A stretch of DNA of 17,352 bases from Candidatus Uhrbacteria bacterium (GTDB taxonomy: Bacteria > Patescibacteriota > Patescibacteriia > SG8-24): NCBI GenBank assembly GCA_016205965.1, contig JACQSM010000077.1, positions 1-17,352 on the forward strand, in the 5' to 3' direction. Position numbers and translations under genes: made by a program. The notes beneath the pieces are model-generated. The model had not been told where the DNA came from. It ran no database searches and saw nothing but the letters and a program-made list of their open reading frames with translations. Positions 1-9,125 of the stretch are shown one piece after another. Position 1 is the stretch's first letter. Each line of letters starts with the position of its first letter.

Positions 1-324
1 GACCTGCTCGAGGAACTGGTCGGTGAAATCAGCGACGAATCAGATATCGACGAAAACCGCATCAAACGCATCGACAAGGTGACCATCGTGGCCCATGGCG
101 ACACCGACATCAAAGACGTCAACCGATTCTTCAACGTCAAGATCGAAGCCGAAACGAACCGCACGCTCGGCGGGGCGATCATGGAGAAACTCGGCGCTCT
201 GCCCAAACCGGGTGAAACGGTTCTGCTTGGAGAAAACCTGTCCGCCACGGTCGAGGAGATGGCCGACAGGCGCGCCACGAAGATTAAATTGGTCAAAAAA
301 ACCGACTCGTCCAAGCCGGCCTGA
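1..324 (+). CDS. C-terminal fragment of a CBS-domain transporter-associated protein (CorC/HlyC family), 5' end truncated at window start.
   Basis: The frame is open from base 1 (DLLEELVGEISDESDIDENRIKRIDK...). The translation is acidic and Glu-rich and ends ...VEEMADRRATKIKLVKK, typical of the CorC_HlyC transporter-associated domain. Stop is TGA at 322-324. Confidence 0.65.
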   Translation, partial: DLLEELVGEISDESDIDENRIKRIDKVTIVAHGDTDIKDVNRFFNVKIEAETNRTLGGAIMEKLGALPKPGETVLLGENLSATVEEMADRRATKIKLVKKTDSSKPA

Positions 325-343
325 AAACCGTCGGTTTGAGGCG

Positions 344-1432
344 TCAAAACTTAGTCTGCGCATCCTGCTGGACGCCTCCATTCAATGAACGAAGCATCGA
401 ACGGCCGGCCTCCCACATCTCGGGGTGGCCGTTTTGTTTGAGCCAATACCACCATTCGACGCCCCAGAGGTACGCCTCGGCGAATCCGACGCGGCGCGCG
501 AAACTGATGTTCTGGGCCAAGCGCTCGGGATTCATCAGCTTGAGCTGATCGTCGAGCGGCGATATCGAGGTCGTCGCCGTGCCGAACCAGGGTTCGGCCT
601 GCAGCTCGGTGATGATGACCTTGTCGACCAGGGAGCTCACCGATTCGGCCCGGCGCCGATAGACCGACGGCGTGATCGGCCAATAAAAATAGCCGATGAA
701 ACGGTTCCACACCACGCGGTAGGTGCTGATGCCGAGGATGTCGGTCAGGCTGGCGGCATTCAGCCAGGTCGACAGTTCGCCGCTTTCGGTGATGATGACC
801 GGCCGGTCGTCGAGAGCGCGGACGACGGAAATTTCGTGCTTCAAAAACTCACGGTCCGGCGGCGGACATTCCCCGAAGGCGAAAAAGGGTTCGTTTTCGA
901 CCTGCCAGGCGATGATCGAGGAACGCTTTTTGAAATGCCGGACCGCGGTCTCGATCATGGACAGAATTTTGGTCCTGACCAGGCTCTCATTGAGTCCCTT
1001 GGCCCACTGCGGCGAATAACATTCGGGCCAGCGCGGCAGTTTCCGGCCGACCGCCAGCACCACCGACGCGCCGCGGCGTTCGGCTTCGTCGAGCTGCCAA
1101 TCGACGACCGAAAAATTGAAGACGCCCGGCTCGGGTTCGACATCGTCCCAATACACCGGAATGCGCAGCCGTTTCACCTTGAGATCGTCGAGCATGGCCA
1201 GGTAGGCGGTCCGCCAGTCGAGACCCAGGAACTCGGCGTATTTTTTCGAATAGGTGGCGCCGAAGACGACGTCCTTGTGTTCGAGTTCGAGATTGTCGCG
1301 GACCACGCCGACGAAGAAGATGCCGAGCATCATGGTCGCGGCGACCAGAGCCGCCAAACCGACCTCGCGCGCGTGGTCATGCGGCCTGTGGTGCGGACGA
1401 TGCGACTGTTGTCGTTTCAGGTGCGGCGACAT
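344..1432 (-). CDS. Membrane-anchored TIM-barrel glycoside hydrolase, clan GH-A (GH5-like NEP catalytic motif).
   Basis: 362 aa. N-terminal TM helix (VGLAALVAATMMLGIFFVGVV). Contains 'RIPVYWDDVEPEPGVFNF...VDWQLDEA' and 'IIAWQVENEP', which match the (beta/alpha)8 GH-A signature of a W..EP substrate region plus NEP acid/base. It is convergent with the CorC fragment. Exact GH family not determinable by eye. Confidence 0.5.
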   Translation of the reverse strand: MSPHLKRQQSHRPHHRPHDHAREVGLAALVAATMMLGIFFVGVVRDNLELEHKDVVFGATYSKKYAEFLGLDWRTAYLAMLDDLKVKRLRIPVYWDDVEPEPGVFNFSVVDWQLDEAERRGASVVLAVGRKLPRWPECYSPQWAKGLNESLVRTKILSMIETAVRHFKKRSSIIAWQVENEPFFAFGECPPPDREFLKHEISVVRALDDRPVIITESGELSTWLNAASLTDILGISTYRVVWNRFIGYFYWPITPSVYRRRAESVSSLVDKVIITELQAEPWFGTATTSISPLDDQLKLMNPERLAQNISFARRVGFAEAYLWGVEWWYWLKQNGHPEMWEAGRSMLRSLNGGVQQDAQTKF

Positions 1433-1504
1433 GGCGCTGAAATCAGACTCTCGGCGACGGATGCCGACTCATAAGGCCAGTGTAGCACGGGTCCGGACGC
1501 CGAG

Positions 1505-1536
1505 AAATAAAAAGAGAGCGAGATGTTCTCGCTCTC
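1505..1536 (-). terminator. Rho-independent terminator of the coiled-coil membrane protein gene.
   Basis: On the minus strand, directly after the TGA at 1539-1541: GAGAGCGAG-AACAT-CUCGCUCUC (9-bp perfect stem, 5-nt loop), followed by UUUUUAUUU. Confidence 0.7.
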
Positions 1537-1538
1537 GG

Positions 1539-2780
1539 TCAATTGATGATCTGTCCCCGGACTATTTCCGGGATCGCCATGTCCGCCGCCTCATCGAACT
1601 TGATCAAGGCGGCTCGCAGCAGCGCCGCCTGCTCCAGCGGGTTGGCGCGTTCCCTGACCACGGCAACCGACTCCAGGCGGCGTTGAGCTTCTTCCAGCGC
1701 CTCCGCGGCCTCATCCGACAGCATCCCCTGGACCAGCAGGTGCGTCAACGTCTCCTGACGCCGCGAAACCTTGGTCTGCAAGTTGTCGACCATCTTGTGT
1801 TGAGCCAGAGCCATGGCCGGCGCAGCGGCCGCGGCCTCAATCTCCTTGACGGAGGCCAACAGCGCTTTCATGGCCGGGCCGGCCGCATCGACGTCGTAGG
1901 AGTCGTTGCGGCGCACGCAATCGCGACGCAACCGCTCCGACTCCGCCAGGCGATTGTCGATGCCGTCGATGCGCGCCAGGAGCTGCTCGGCCAGTTCCGG
2001 ATTGCGGGCATGCAGCCGCACGATGTCGTTGCGGGCGCTTTGGACGGACCGCTGAATGAGGCCCAGCCTCTTCGGCAGCGCAACCAGTACGGAGGCGATC
2101 TCTTCATGCCGGGCGATCACCCTTCTGACGTTGGCGTCGCTCCGTTCGATGGCGCCACGCACCTGCGATGAAAATTCCAACGCTCGTGCCGGATCGCCGT
2201 CGCCGGCAAGTTCTTGCTCCGCCGCCGACAACAGGTTTCCGGCTTCGCGCAGGGCGATGTCCGGATCGAGCGGATGGCCGCTGACGCGCAGCGCCCGAAA
2301 AGCCCGCAGCGCGCTGTCAAAACGCCAACGCGCCGAGGACAGGCTCCGGCGGGCTTCTTCAGCCGTCTCTCCGGCCTTGATCCTGGCCAAACGCAGCTGT
2401 TCGCCGCGCTGGTTGACGCGCGCCAGGTGGCCTTGGGCGATGCGGATCTCTTCGACGGCTTGTTTCTGGCGACGCTTCTTCAAATGCGCGTCGGCGGTGG
2501 CCAGTGCGCGAATCGCCCTACCGATGAGCCGGACGTTGATGTCTTGCGCGTCGCTCAACAGCTGACGATCCTGGCGCGAGCGAAGAATCGTCTCGGACGC
2601 AGCATAATCATGCTGAAGATCAGTTTGAAGCCGTGCGACGAGTTCGCCGACTAGCTTGTGCTGCTCTCGAAGCACCGAGAGATAGCGGCGAAATCGCAGA
2701 TGCTTCCTGACGGCGGCGAAACCGACGGCGGCAACAACGCTGCTGGCGGCGATGGCGAAGAGGATAAACAACGCTTTCAT
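1539..2780 (-). CDS. N-terminally membrane-anchored long coiled-coil protein (LemA/EzrA-like architecture), function unknown.
   Basis: 413 aa, starting at MKALFILFAIAASSVVAAVGFAA (single TM). The rest is Ala/Arg/Glu/Leu-rich heptad-like sequence. GGAGGAG Shine-Dalgarno 3-5 nt upstream of the ATG at 2780. The longer ORF start at 2819 has no RBS. The gene has its own promoter-like element and terminator, so it appears monocistronic. Confidence 0.55.
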   Translation of the reverse strand: MKALFILFAIAASSVVAAVGFAAVRKHLRFRRYLSVLREQHKLVGELVARLQTDLQHDYAASETILRSRQDRQLLSDAQDINVRLIGRAIRALATADAHLKKRRQKQAVEEIRIAQGHLARVNQRGEQLRLARIKAGETAEEARRSLSSARWRFDSALRAFRALRVSGHPLDPDIALREAGNLLSAAEQELAGDGDPARALEFSSQVRGAIERSDANVRRVIARHEEIASVLVALPKRLGLIQRSVQSARNDIVRLHARNPELAEQLLARIDGIDNRLAESERLRRDCVRRNDSYDVDAAGPAMKALLASVKEIEAAAAAPAMALAQHKMVDNLQTKVSRRQETLTHLLVQGMLSDEAAEALEEAQRRLESVAVVRERANPLEQAALLRAALIKFDEAADMAIPEIVRGQIIN

Positions 2781-2839
2781 GGGCTCCTCCTTTGTGCAGG
2801 TGAATGAACGTGCGGCCAAACCCTTGGACGCGACCGGGC

Positions 2840-2868
2840 AGTATTGCAGATTTCGCCTTAAATGTCAA
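2840..2868 (-). promoter_or_regulatory. Sigma70-like promoter: TTGACA -35 (2868-2863), 17-nt spacer, AATACT -10 (2845-2840).
   Basis: Minus-strand sequence reads TTGACAtttaaggcgaaatctgcAATACT: a perfect -35 hexamer, a 17-nt spacer and a 4/6 -10. It sits between the flotillin terminator and the coiled-coil gene, ~55 nt upstream of its start codon. Confidence 0.5.
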
Positions 2869-2893
2869 GGCTGGTTTAGAGTCTTTCCCCGAT

Positions 2894-2927
2894 GAAATAA
2901 AGAAAAAAGGAGCACATTCGTGCTCCT
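2894..2927 (-). terminator. Rho-independent terminator after the flotillin gene.
   Basis: On the minus strand after the TGA at 2941-2943: AGGAGCAC-GAAU-GUGCUCCU (8-bp perfect stem), followed by UUUUUUCUUUAUUUC. Confidence 0.7.
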
Positions 2928-2940
2928 TATGATGCGTACT

Positions 2941-4932
2941 TCAGCTCCTCTGGCTGCCGGTGTTGTTGCCGTCGGCATGACCGGCCTTGGACGGCGTGTC
3001 CGTGCTAGGCGCGGGCTCGGTGACCGCCAGGTCTTCCGACGCGCCGGCCAGCTTCCCGGTCGCCGCGTCGGCAAGGCCGGAAAGCTTGCCGCCGATGCCC
3101 TTGAGCATGGCCAAGGCATCCACGCCCGCGCCGGCGAACATGCCGTCGAGGAACTTGGACCCGGACATGCCGCTGGTGAAGGCGCTGGTGATCTTCTCCA
3201 CGTCCTGTGAAGAACCGACCACCTCGACGTTGACCTTGCCCAACAGCGTCGCCTGGGCGTTGGCCATGGCGATCCGGACCTCGGCCTCCTTGGTGATCTG
3301 GAGCTTGGCCAGATCGAACTGCTGCGCCGCCTGGCCGAAATCCTGCCGAGCCTGGAGCTCGGGCTTGAGAACCTCGTCCACGTTCCGCTTGGCGATGTCG
3401 ACCTCCCTGGCCTTCACATCCACCGGAATCATGGCCGAGTTCTTCTGCACCTCGACCTTGGCCCGCTCCACGTCCACGGCGACCATCTGCGCCGCCTTGT
3501 CGCCTTCGGCCTGCTGCTTCTTGGCGCTGGCATCGGCTTCGGCCCGCTTGGTGATGGCCGTGGCCTCGGCTTCGGCCGCCAACTTCCGCGCTTCGGCGTC
3601 CTTCTGCGTCGCATAGGCGCTGGCGTCGGCCGTGCGCGAGGTCGACAGGTAGGCCTGCTCGGCCTTGGCCTTGGCCTCGATCACCTGCTTGGCCGCGGCA
3701 CGCTCGGCTTCGGCCGTCACCTGCACGGTGTGCACGGCTTGCCGCTGCTTCTCGCGGGCGGCTTCGGCCTCGGCCAGATCGGCTTCGGCCGTGGCTCGCG
3801 CCTTCTCGGCTTCGGCCACTGCCTGCTGCTTCTGACGCTCGGCGACTTCCACCGACTGCACGGCGGCGACCACCGCCTTCTCCCTCTCGCGCTGGGCGAC
3901 CTCGACGGCCTGCAGCTTCTGCTGCTCGGCCACCTCCACCGCCTGCTGCTGGGCGCGCAGGGCGGTCTCGACCGCCTTCTGCCTGCCGACGCCGGCGAGC
4001 TCGACCGCCTGTTGCGTCGTGATCTGGGCCTCCTTGGTGGCCTGATCCTGCTGCGCCTGGACCTTGGCGATCTCCGCCTTCTGGGCGGCCTCCGCCTGGG
4101 CCTGGGTCTGCTCCAGCTTCAGGACCGCCTGCTTGGCCTCCACGTTGAGCTTGGTCCTGGCCATCTCGCCCTGCCGCTCCAGCTGCGTCCGCTGGGTCTG
4201 CTGGGCCTGAGTGATCTCGGCGATGGTTCGCTTGCCCTGGGCGTCGAAGATGTTGTCGTCGCGCAGGTTCTTGGGATCCGTCTGGTCCAACTTTGAGATG
4301 GTCACCGTCTCGAGCGCCAATCCGTTGGGCGCCAAGTCCTTGGCGACGATGTCGATCACCGCCTTGAGGAACGTGTCCCTCTCGGAGTTGAGCTGCTCGA
4401 GCGTCCTGGTGGCCGCCACCGTGCGCAACGCCGAGATCAGCTTGTCCTGAAACTTCTCGGTGATGACGTGGGTGAACGACATGTTGGGCTTGATCTCGTC
4501 GCCGAACGAACGGGCGGCGTTCTTGATGTCGTCGTCCGTCGGCTTCACGTTGACGAAGAACTCGGCCGTGATGTCGGCGCGGAGCTTGTCATGGGTGATG
4601 AGCGAATCCGCTCCGACGCGGTTCACCACCAGACGGGTGGTGCTCAACGGCACGACGATCATCTGGTGGACCACCGGGATGACCAGCGCGCCGCCGTTGT
4701 TGATGACCTTGCTGCCGCCGGCGCCCGTACGGACGAAAGCCTCGGAGGCCTTGGTCTTGACGTACAGCTTGGTGACGGTCAGCACGGAGACGGAGAACAG
4801 GCACAAGACGATGCCGAACACCATCATGACCGTGGTGGCGAAGGCGCCGAGTGACGCGCCAGCGACGCTGGCGGCAACCGGCCCGAAGATCAGGGCCAAC
4901 GAAAACACGAACAACAGGATGATTCCGCTCAT
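2941..4932 (-). CDS. yqiK: Flotillin family protein (SPFH/band 7 domain, YqiK/FloT-like).
   Basis: 663 aa. N-terminal TM segments, then an SPFH domain (VINNGGALVIPVVHQMIVVPL...), then a very long Ala/Glu/Gln/Lys-rich 'flotillin' coiled-coil with degenerate AVEVAE repeats. AGGAG RBS 4 nt upstream of the ATG at 4932. The immediately upstream gene is an NfeD/YqiJ-like partner, the canonical pairing. Confidence 0.85.
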   Translation of the reverse strand: MSGIILLFVFSLALIFGPVAASVAGASLGAFATTVMMVFGIVLCLFSVSVLTVTKLYVKTKASEAFVRTGAGGSKVINNGGALVIPVVHQMIVVPLSTTRLVVNRVGADSLITHDKLRADITAEFFVNVKPTDDDIKNAARSFGDEIKPNMSFTHVITEKFQDKLISALRTVAATRTLEQLNSERDTFLKAVIDIVAKDLAPNGLALETVTISKLDQTDPKNLRDDNIFDAQGKRTIAEITQAQQTQRTQLERQGEMARTKLNVEAKQAVLKLEQTQAQAEAAQKAEIAKVQAQQDQATKEAQITTQQAVELAGVGRQKAVETALRAQQQAVEVAEQQKLQAVEVAQREREKAVVAAVQSVEVAERQKQQAVAEAEKARATAEADLAEAEAAREKQRQAVHTVQVTAEAERAAAKQVIEAKAKAEQAYLSTSRTADASAYATQKDAEARKLAAEAEATAITKRAEADASAKKQQAEGDKAAQMVAVDVERAKVEVQKNSAMIPVDVKAREVDIAKRNVDEVLKPELQARQDFGQAAQQFDLAKLQITKEAEVRIAMANAQATLLGKVNVEVVGSSQDVEKITSAFTSGMSGSKFLDGMFAGAGVDALAMLKGIGGKLSGLADAATGKLAGASEDLAVTEPAPSTDTPSKAGHADGNNTGSQRS

Positions 4933-5033
4933 GACTTGCTCCTTTTTTGGCGGCGCTGCGGCCGCACTGGTTTACCGCATTTCTTGCCTACCGCTTCCCC
5001 GCACCTGCGACTTGCACTTCACCGCACCGGCTT

Positions 5034-5720
5034 CTAGGCCTTCTCCTCCAAGTCCGGCGGGAGCCGTTCGACCACGTAGACGTCGTCGGTCTGATCGTAG
5101 TCGATCACGAGCACCGGCGCGTTCTTTTGCAATTCCTCGCCGTTGGTGCGGCAGGAAGCGTTGATGACGTTGCCCCCGCGGTCGTGCACCTGCATCAGGC
5201 CATGGGCCTTGCCGGCCGGCAGAATCAACTCGCCGGTCGACGTGATGAGATCGCGTTTGGTGAGCACGTAAGTCTCGGTTGCCGGCATGATCTTGCTCAT
5301 GAATCCGGCGAAACGGCCGGTGAGCGCGACCATGCCGACGAAGGCGATGGGCAGCGACACCAGGCCATAGAGCCATCCCGGCAGAAACTGCGACAGGAAG
5401 CTGTTGGCAATGAAGCCGATGCCGCCGAACGTGAGGGCGGCGGTGCTCAACACCAGGCTCATCGGCGCCCGGCCGATGCCGAGAATCGAGAGAGCCTTGC
5501 TGACGCTGCCGTGGCCGTCGTGGTGAATCTCGTGGCCGTCGAGTGCGTGCTGGGACGCATGATCCGACTCCGCGTCCGCGTCGGTATCGGCGTCCATGTC
5601 GGCGTCGCCGTCAGCGTCCGCGTTGGCGTCGCCGAATCCGAAAATGGACCCGGCGGCGAGCAACACTCCGCCGACAAGAGGGATGAGGAAGACGAGCGTC
5701 TGCCATGCGAAGAGGTCCAT
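5034..5720 (-). CDS. yqiJ: NfeD/YqiJ-like inner-membrane protein (DUF1449-type; C-terminal OB-fold), flotillin partner.
   Basis: 228 aa, starting at MDLFAWQ with AGGAGGGG 3 nt upstream. The ORF extends to 5774 but has no RBS there. Several TM helices. C-terminal 'TGELILPAGKAHGLMQVHDRGGNV...VLVIDYDQTDDVYVVERL' resembles the NfeD short beta-barrel. It carries an unusual acidic D/A-repeat and His-rich insert (GDANADADGDADMDADTDADAESDH...HEIHHDGHG). Confidence 0.6.
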   Translation of the reverse strand: MDLFAWQTLVFLIPLVGGVLLAAGSIFGFGDANADADGDADMDADTDADAESDHASQHALDGHEIHHDGHGSVSKALSILGIGRAPMSLVLSTAALTFGGIGFIANSFLSQFLPGWLYGLVSLPIAFVGMVALTGRFAGFMSKIMPATETYVLTKRDLITSTGELILPAGKAHGLMQVHDRGGNVINASCRTNGEELQKNAPVLVIDYDQTDDVYVVERLPPDLEEKA

Positions 5721-5848
5721 GGACCCCTCCTTTCGTTTGCCGCGTTCCGGCAGTGCCGGGGCGGCTGTTGTCAACGATCCGCTGCTCGAACCGGCGGCTC
5801 GAACAGATGATTGTGCTTACCACGTTTAAGCGGAGACGTCAAGCCTGG

Positions 5849-5877
5849 TTGCGATTTAACGGCCGAGCCGCTACCAT
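5849..5877 (+). promoter_or_regulatory. Candidate sigma70-like promoter for aguAB: TTGCGA -35 (5849-5854), 17-nt spacer, TACCAT -10 (5872-5877).
   Basis: Located in the divergent intergenic region ~35 nt upstream of the aguA ATG. Hexamer matches are moderate (4/6 each). Confidence 0.3.
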
Positions 5878-5910
5878 CCCATCGCTCGCTCATTGATAAA
5901 GGAGGCGGCG

Positions 5911-6959
<1,049 letters not shown>

Positions 6960-6963
<4 letters not shown>

Positions 6964-7820
6964 AATCGCGAATCGTGAACGCCGCCGTCATTCAATGCGC
7001 GCTGGGCGGCAGCCGGGATGACAACGCCCGCAAAGTGAAACAGCTCATCGATCAGGCGGCGCGAGCCGGAGCCAACGTCGTGGTCGCGCCGGAACTCTTC
7101 GAGACGCCGTACTTCTGCAGGACCAGGAGCCGCCGGCATTTCCAAGAGGCCACGACGCTAGATCGCAACCCGCTGATCGCCGACATGCGCCTGATCGCCC
7201 GCAGAAACAGCCTGGTGATCCCGTTCTCGTTCTTCGAGGACGGCGGTGACGGCCGCTATTTCAATACCGTCGCCATGATCGACGCCGACGGCCGCGGTCT
7301 CGGAACCTACCGCAAGAGCCACATTCCGACCGGACCCGGCTACTGGGAACGCCGCTACTTCGAACCAGGCGATACCGGCTTCAAAGTCTGGCGGACCAAG
7401 CACGGAAAGATCGGCGTCGGCATCTGCTGGGACCAGTGGTTTCCCGAATGCGCCCGCGCCATGGCCTTGGACGGAGCCGACCTGCTGTTGTATCCGTCGA
7501 CGATCGGCGCCGAGCCGCACCGACCGGATCTCGACACCCGCGACCGCTGGCGCCGCGTCATGATCGGCCATGCGGTCGCCAACGTCATCCCGATCGCCGC
7601 CGCCAACCGCACCGGCGTCGAGGACGGCATCGCCTACTACGGCTCGTCGTTCGTCTGCGATGACGCCGGCGAAATCGTCGCCGACATGGGCAGAGTGGCC
7701 CAAGGCTTCGCCATGGCCCAGATCGACATCAACGCCGTCCGGCGCAACCGCCGCGATTGGGGCCTGACCGGCTACCACCGCCGCCCCGACCTCTACGGCG
7801 CCCTCGTCAAAAAAGACTGA
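6960..7820 (+). CDS. aguB: N-carbamoylputrescine amidohydrolase (nitrilase/CN-hydrolase superfamily).
   Basis: 286 aa. CN-hydrolase catalytic triad context (VVAPELFETPYF ... YRKSHIP ... GVGICWDQWFPE). Translationally coupled to aguA through an ATGA overlap. Together the two genes convert agmatine to putrescine. Confidence 0.85.
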
Positions 7821-7827
7821 AACGCAA

Positions 7828-7858
7828 AGACCGCCCCATCCGGACGGTCTCTTTTTTT
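7828..7858 (+). terminator. Rho-independent terminator after aguB (may also serve the convergent minus-strand gene).
   Basis: AGACCG...CGGTCT stem with internal bulge (AGACCGccccatccggaCGGTCT), followed by CTTTTTTTATATTT. Begins 8 nt after the aguB TGA. Confidence 0.6.
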
Positions 7859-7882
7859 ATATTTCGCCGCCGATTTCGGACG

Positions 7883-9031
7883 TCAGTTCGAACTCCGCTC
7901 GGCCGACTTTTTAGAATAGGCGACGGCGGCCATCCAGGTCGAGATCGGCACCGCCAGAATCAGGCCGCAGCTGCCGACCATGGTCCGAATGAATTCTTCG
8001 GCGATGGGCTCGCCGTTGAGCATGACCCACAGCGGCTGCGTCTGATTGTTGTGAAACACCAGGAAAAGCGGCAACGAAGCGCCGGCATACACGAGCGCCA
8101 GCGTGTTGACCAGCGAAGCGATGTGTTCGCGGCCGACAGAAAGCCCGCGCTTGTACAGCTCGCGATGCGACAGGGTCGGATCGGCGTTGTGAATCTCCTC
8201 GACCGCGGCGACTTGGGCGGTGGTGACGTCGTCGAGCACGCCGAGGGTGCTGATGATGATGCCGGCGAGCAGCAAGCCGCGCAGGTCGATGTTCGAAATC
8301 GGGCTGTATTGCAGATAGAACGCGGCATCGCTGCCGGCGCCGAACAGCCTGGCCATCCGAACGAACGCCGTCGCCAAAACGCCGGACGCGATCAGCGACA
8401 TGACCGTGGCCGCGACGGCCACCGTCGTCCTCTTCCCCGGGCCATGCGACATGAACATCGACAGCGCGATGATGAGCATGGAACCGGCGATGGCGGTCAT
8501 CAAAGGATCATAGCCGGCGGCGATCTGCGGCATGACGACCGTCGCCAAAATCAGGATGCTCAACATCAAGCCGACGAACGAGGCGAATCCGCGGCGGCGC
8601 CCCAAGGCGACGGCCAGCAGGAAGAAAAATCCGAGCACCGCCAGCATGGCCGGCATGCGGTAGTGGTCGGCGACGTAGTACCGAACGCCGGGATCCTCGC
8701 TGACGACGGCCAGAACCAATGTCTCGCCGACCTCGGCCCGCCGGAATGCGCCGGAGTCGTCGCTGTTTTCGATGTCGACCTCCCGGCCGCCGTCATCGCC
8801 TTCGAGCAGCCGACCGCGCAGCTCTTGCGTCTGCACTTTGACGCCGCCGGCGTCGCGCTCGCTCTCGTTGACGATCTGCGTCACCTTGGCGCGGACGAAT
8901 CGCGGAGCGATCACGTCGGAGATGTTGACTTCGGCCGGCGCCGTTCCGGCTTGTGCCAGCGTCGGCGCCGCCAAAGACAGCCCGTAAAATACGAGCGCGG
9001 CCGCCAAAAATATGGATATTCGCTTGGACAT
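7883..9031 (-). CDS. Polytopic membrane protein, putatively YibE/F family.
   Basis: 382 aa, starting at MSKRISIFLAAALVFYGLSLAAP (signal/TM). A ~120-aa extracytoplasmic segment is followed by 6-7 TM helices, consistent with the YibE/F layout. The longer TTG-initiated ORF to 9103 runs through the upstream terminator hairpin and is rejected. No clear RBS at 9031. Confidence 0.4.
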   Translation of the reverse strand: MSKRISIFLAAALVFYGLSLAAPTLAQAGTAPAEVNISDVIAPRFVRAKVTQIVNESERDAGGVKVQTQELRGRLLEGDDGGREVDIENSDDSGAFRRAEVGETLVLAVVSEDPGVRYYVADHYRMPAMLAVLGFFFLLAVALGRRRGFASFVGLMLSILILATVVMPQIAAGYDPLMTAIAGSMLIIALSMFMSHGPGKRTTVAVAATVMSLIASGVLATAFVRMARLFGAGSDAAFYLQYSPISNIDLRGLLLAGIIISTLGVLDDVTTAQVAAVEEIHNADPTLSHRELYKRGLSVGREHIASLVNTLALVYAGASLPLFLVFHNNQTQPLWVMLNGEPIAEEFIRTMVGSCGLILAVPISTWMAAVAYSKKSAERSSN

Positions 9032-9071
9032 GGAATCAGTGTAGGCAATTCCAGGCGAATGCGCCACTGAC

Positions 9072-9099
9072 AAAAAAAGGAACGGAATGAATCCGTTCC
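9072..9099 (-). terminator. Rho-independent terminator after the vWA gene.
   Basis: On the minus strand after the TGA at 9126-9128: GGAACGGA-UUCAU-UCCGUUCC (8-bp perfect stem, 5-nt loop), followed by UUUUUUU. Confidence 0.7.
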
Positions 9100-9125
9100 A
9101 CAAAACGACGACCCGCCGCGTCAGG

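Noticed and set aside
325-349. Two overlapping short palindromes (AAACCG-T-CGGTTT and GTTTGA-GGCG-TCAAAC) between the convergent CorC fragment and glycoside hydrolase genes, considered as a bidirectional terminator.
   Set aside because: The stems are short and AU-rich, one has a 1-nt centre, neither is followed by a convincing U-tract, and the second overlaps the GH stop codon. Not reported as a feature.
425-1474. 349-aa plus-strand ORF antisense to the glycoside hydrolase gene.
   Set aside because: The translation is Arg/Gly/Asp-rich low complexity, typical of an antisense frame in GC-rich DNA. The opposite strand has a TM anchor and GH-A motifs.
2781-2819. Longer start (MAARSFTCTKEEP-) for the coiled-coil gene.
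   Set aside because: It has no RBS, whereas GGAGGAG sits 3-5 nt upstream of the ATG at 2780. That ATG opens directly into the TM helix.
3500-4200. Apparent tandem DNA repeats inside the flotillin gene.
   Set aside because: They are degenerate in-frame repeats encoding the Ala/Glu/Gln-rich flotillin coiled-coil (AVEVAE-like units), not a CRISPR array or non-coding repeat.
7757-9070. 437-aa plus-strand ORF antisense to the YibE/F-like gene, and the 344-aa minus ORF 5890..6924 antisense to aguA.
   Set aside because: These are highly charged, repetitive translations. The opposite strands encode recognisable membrane-protein and agmatine-deiminase sequences.
9032-9103. N-terminal extension (MWNGFIPFLF...) of the YibE/F-like ORF from a TTG at 9103.
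   Set aside because: The extension is encoded by the vWA terminator hairpin and U-tract. The real start is taken as the ATG at 9031, just downstream of the terminator.
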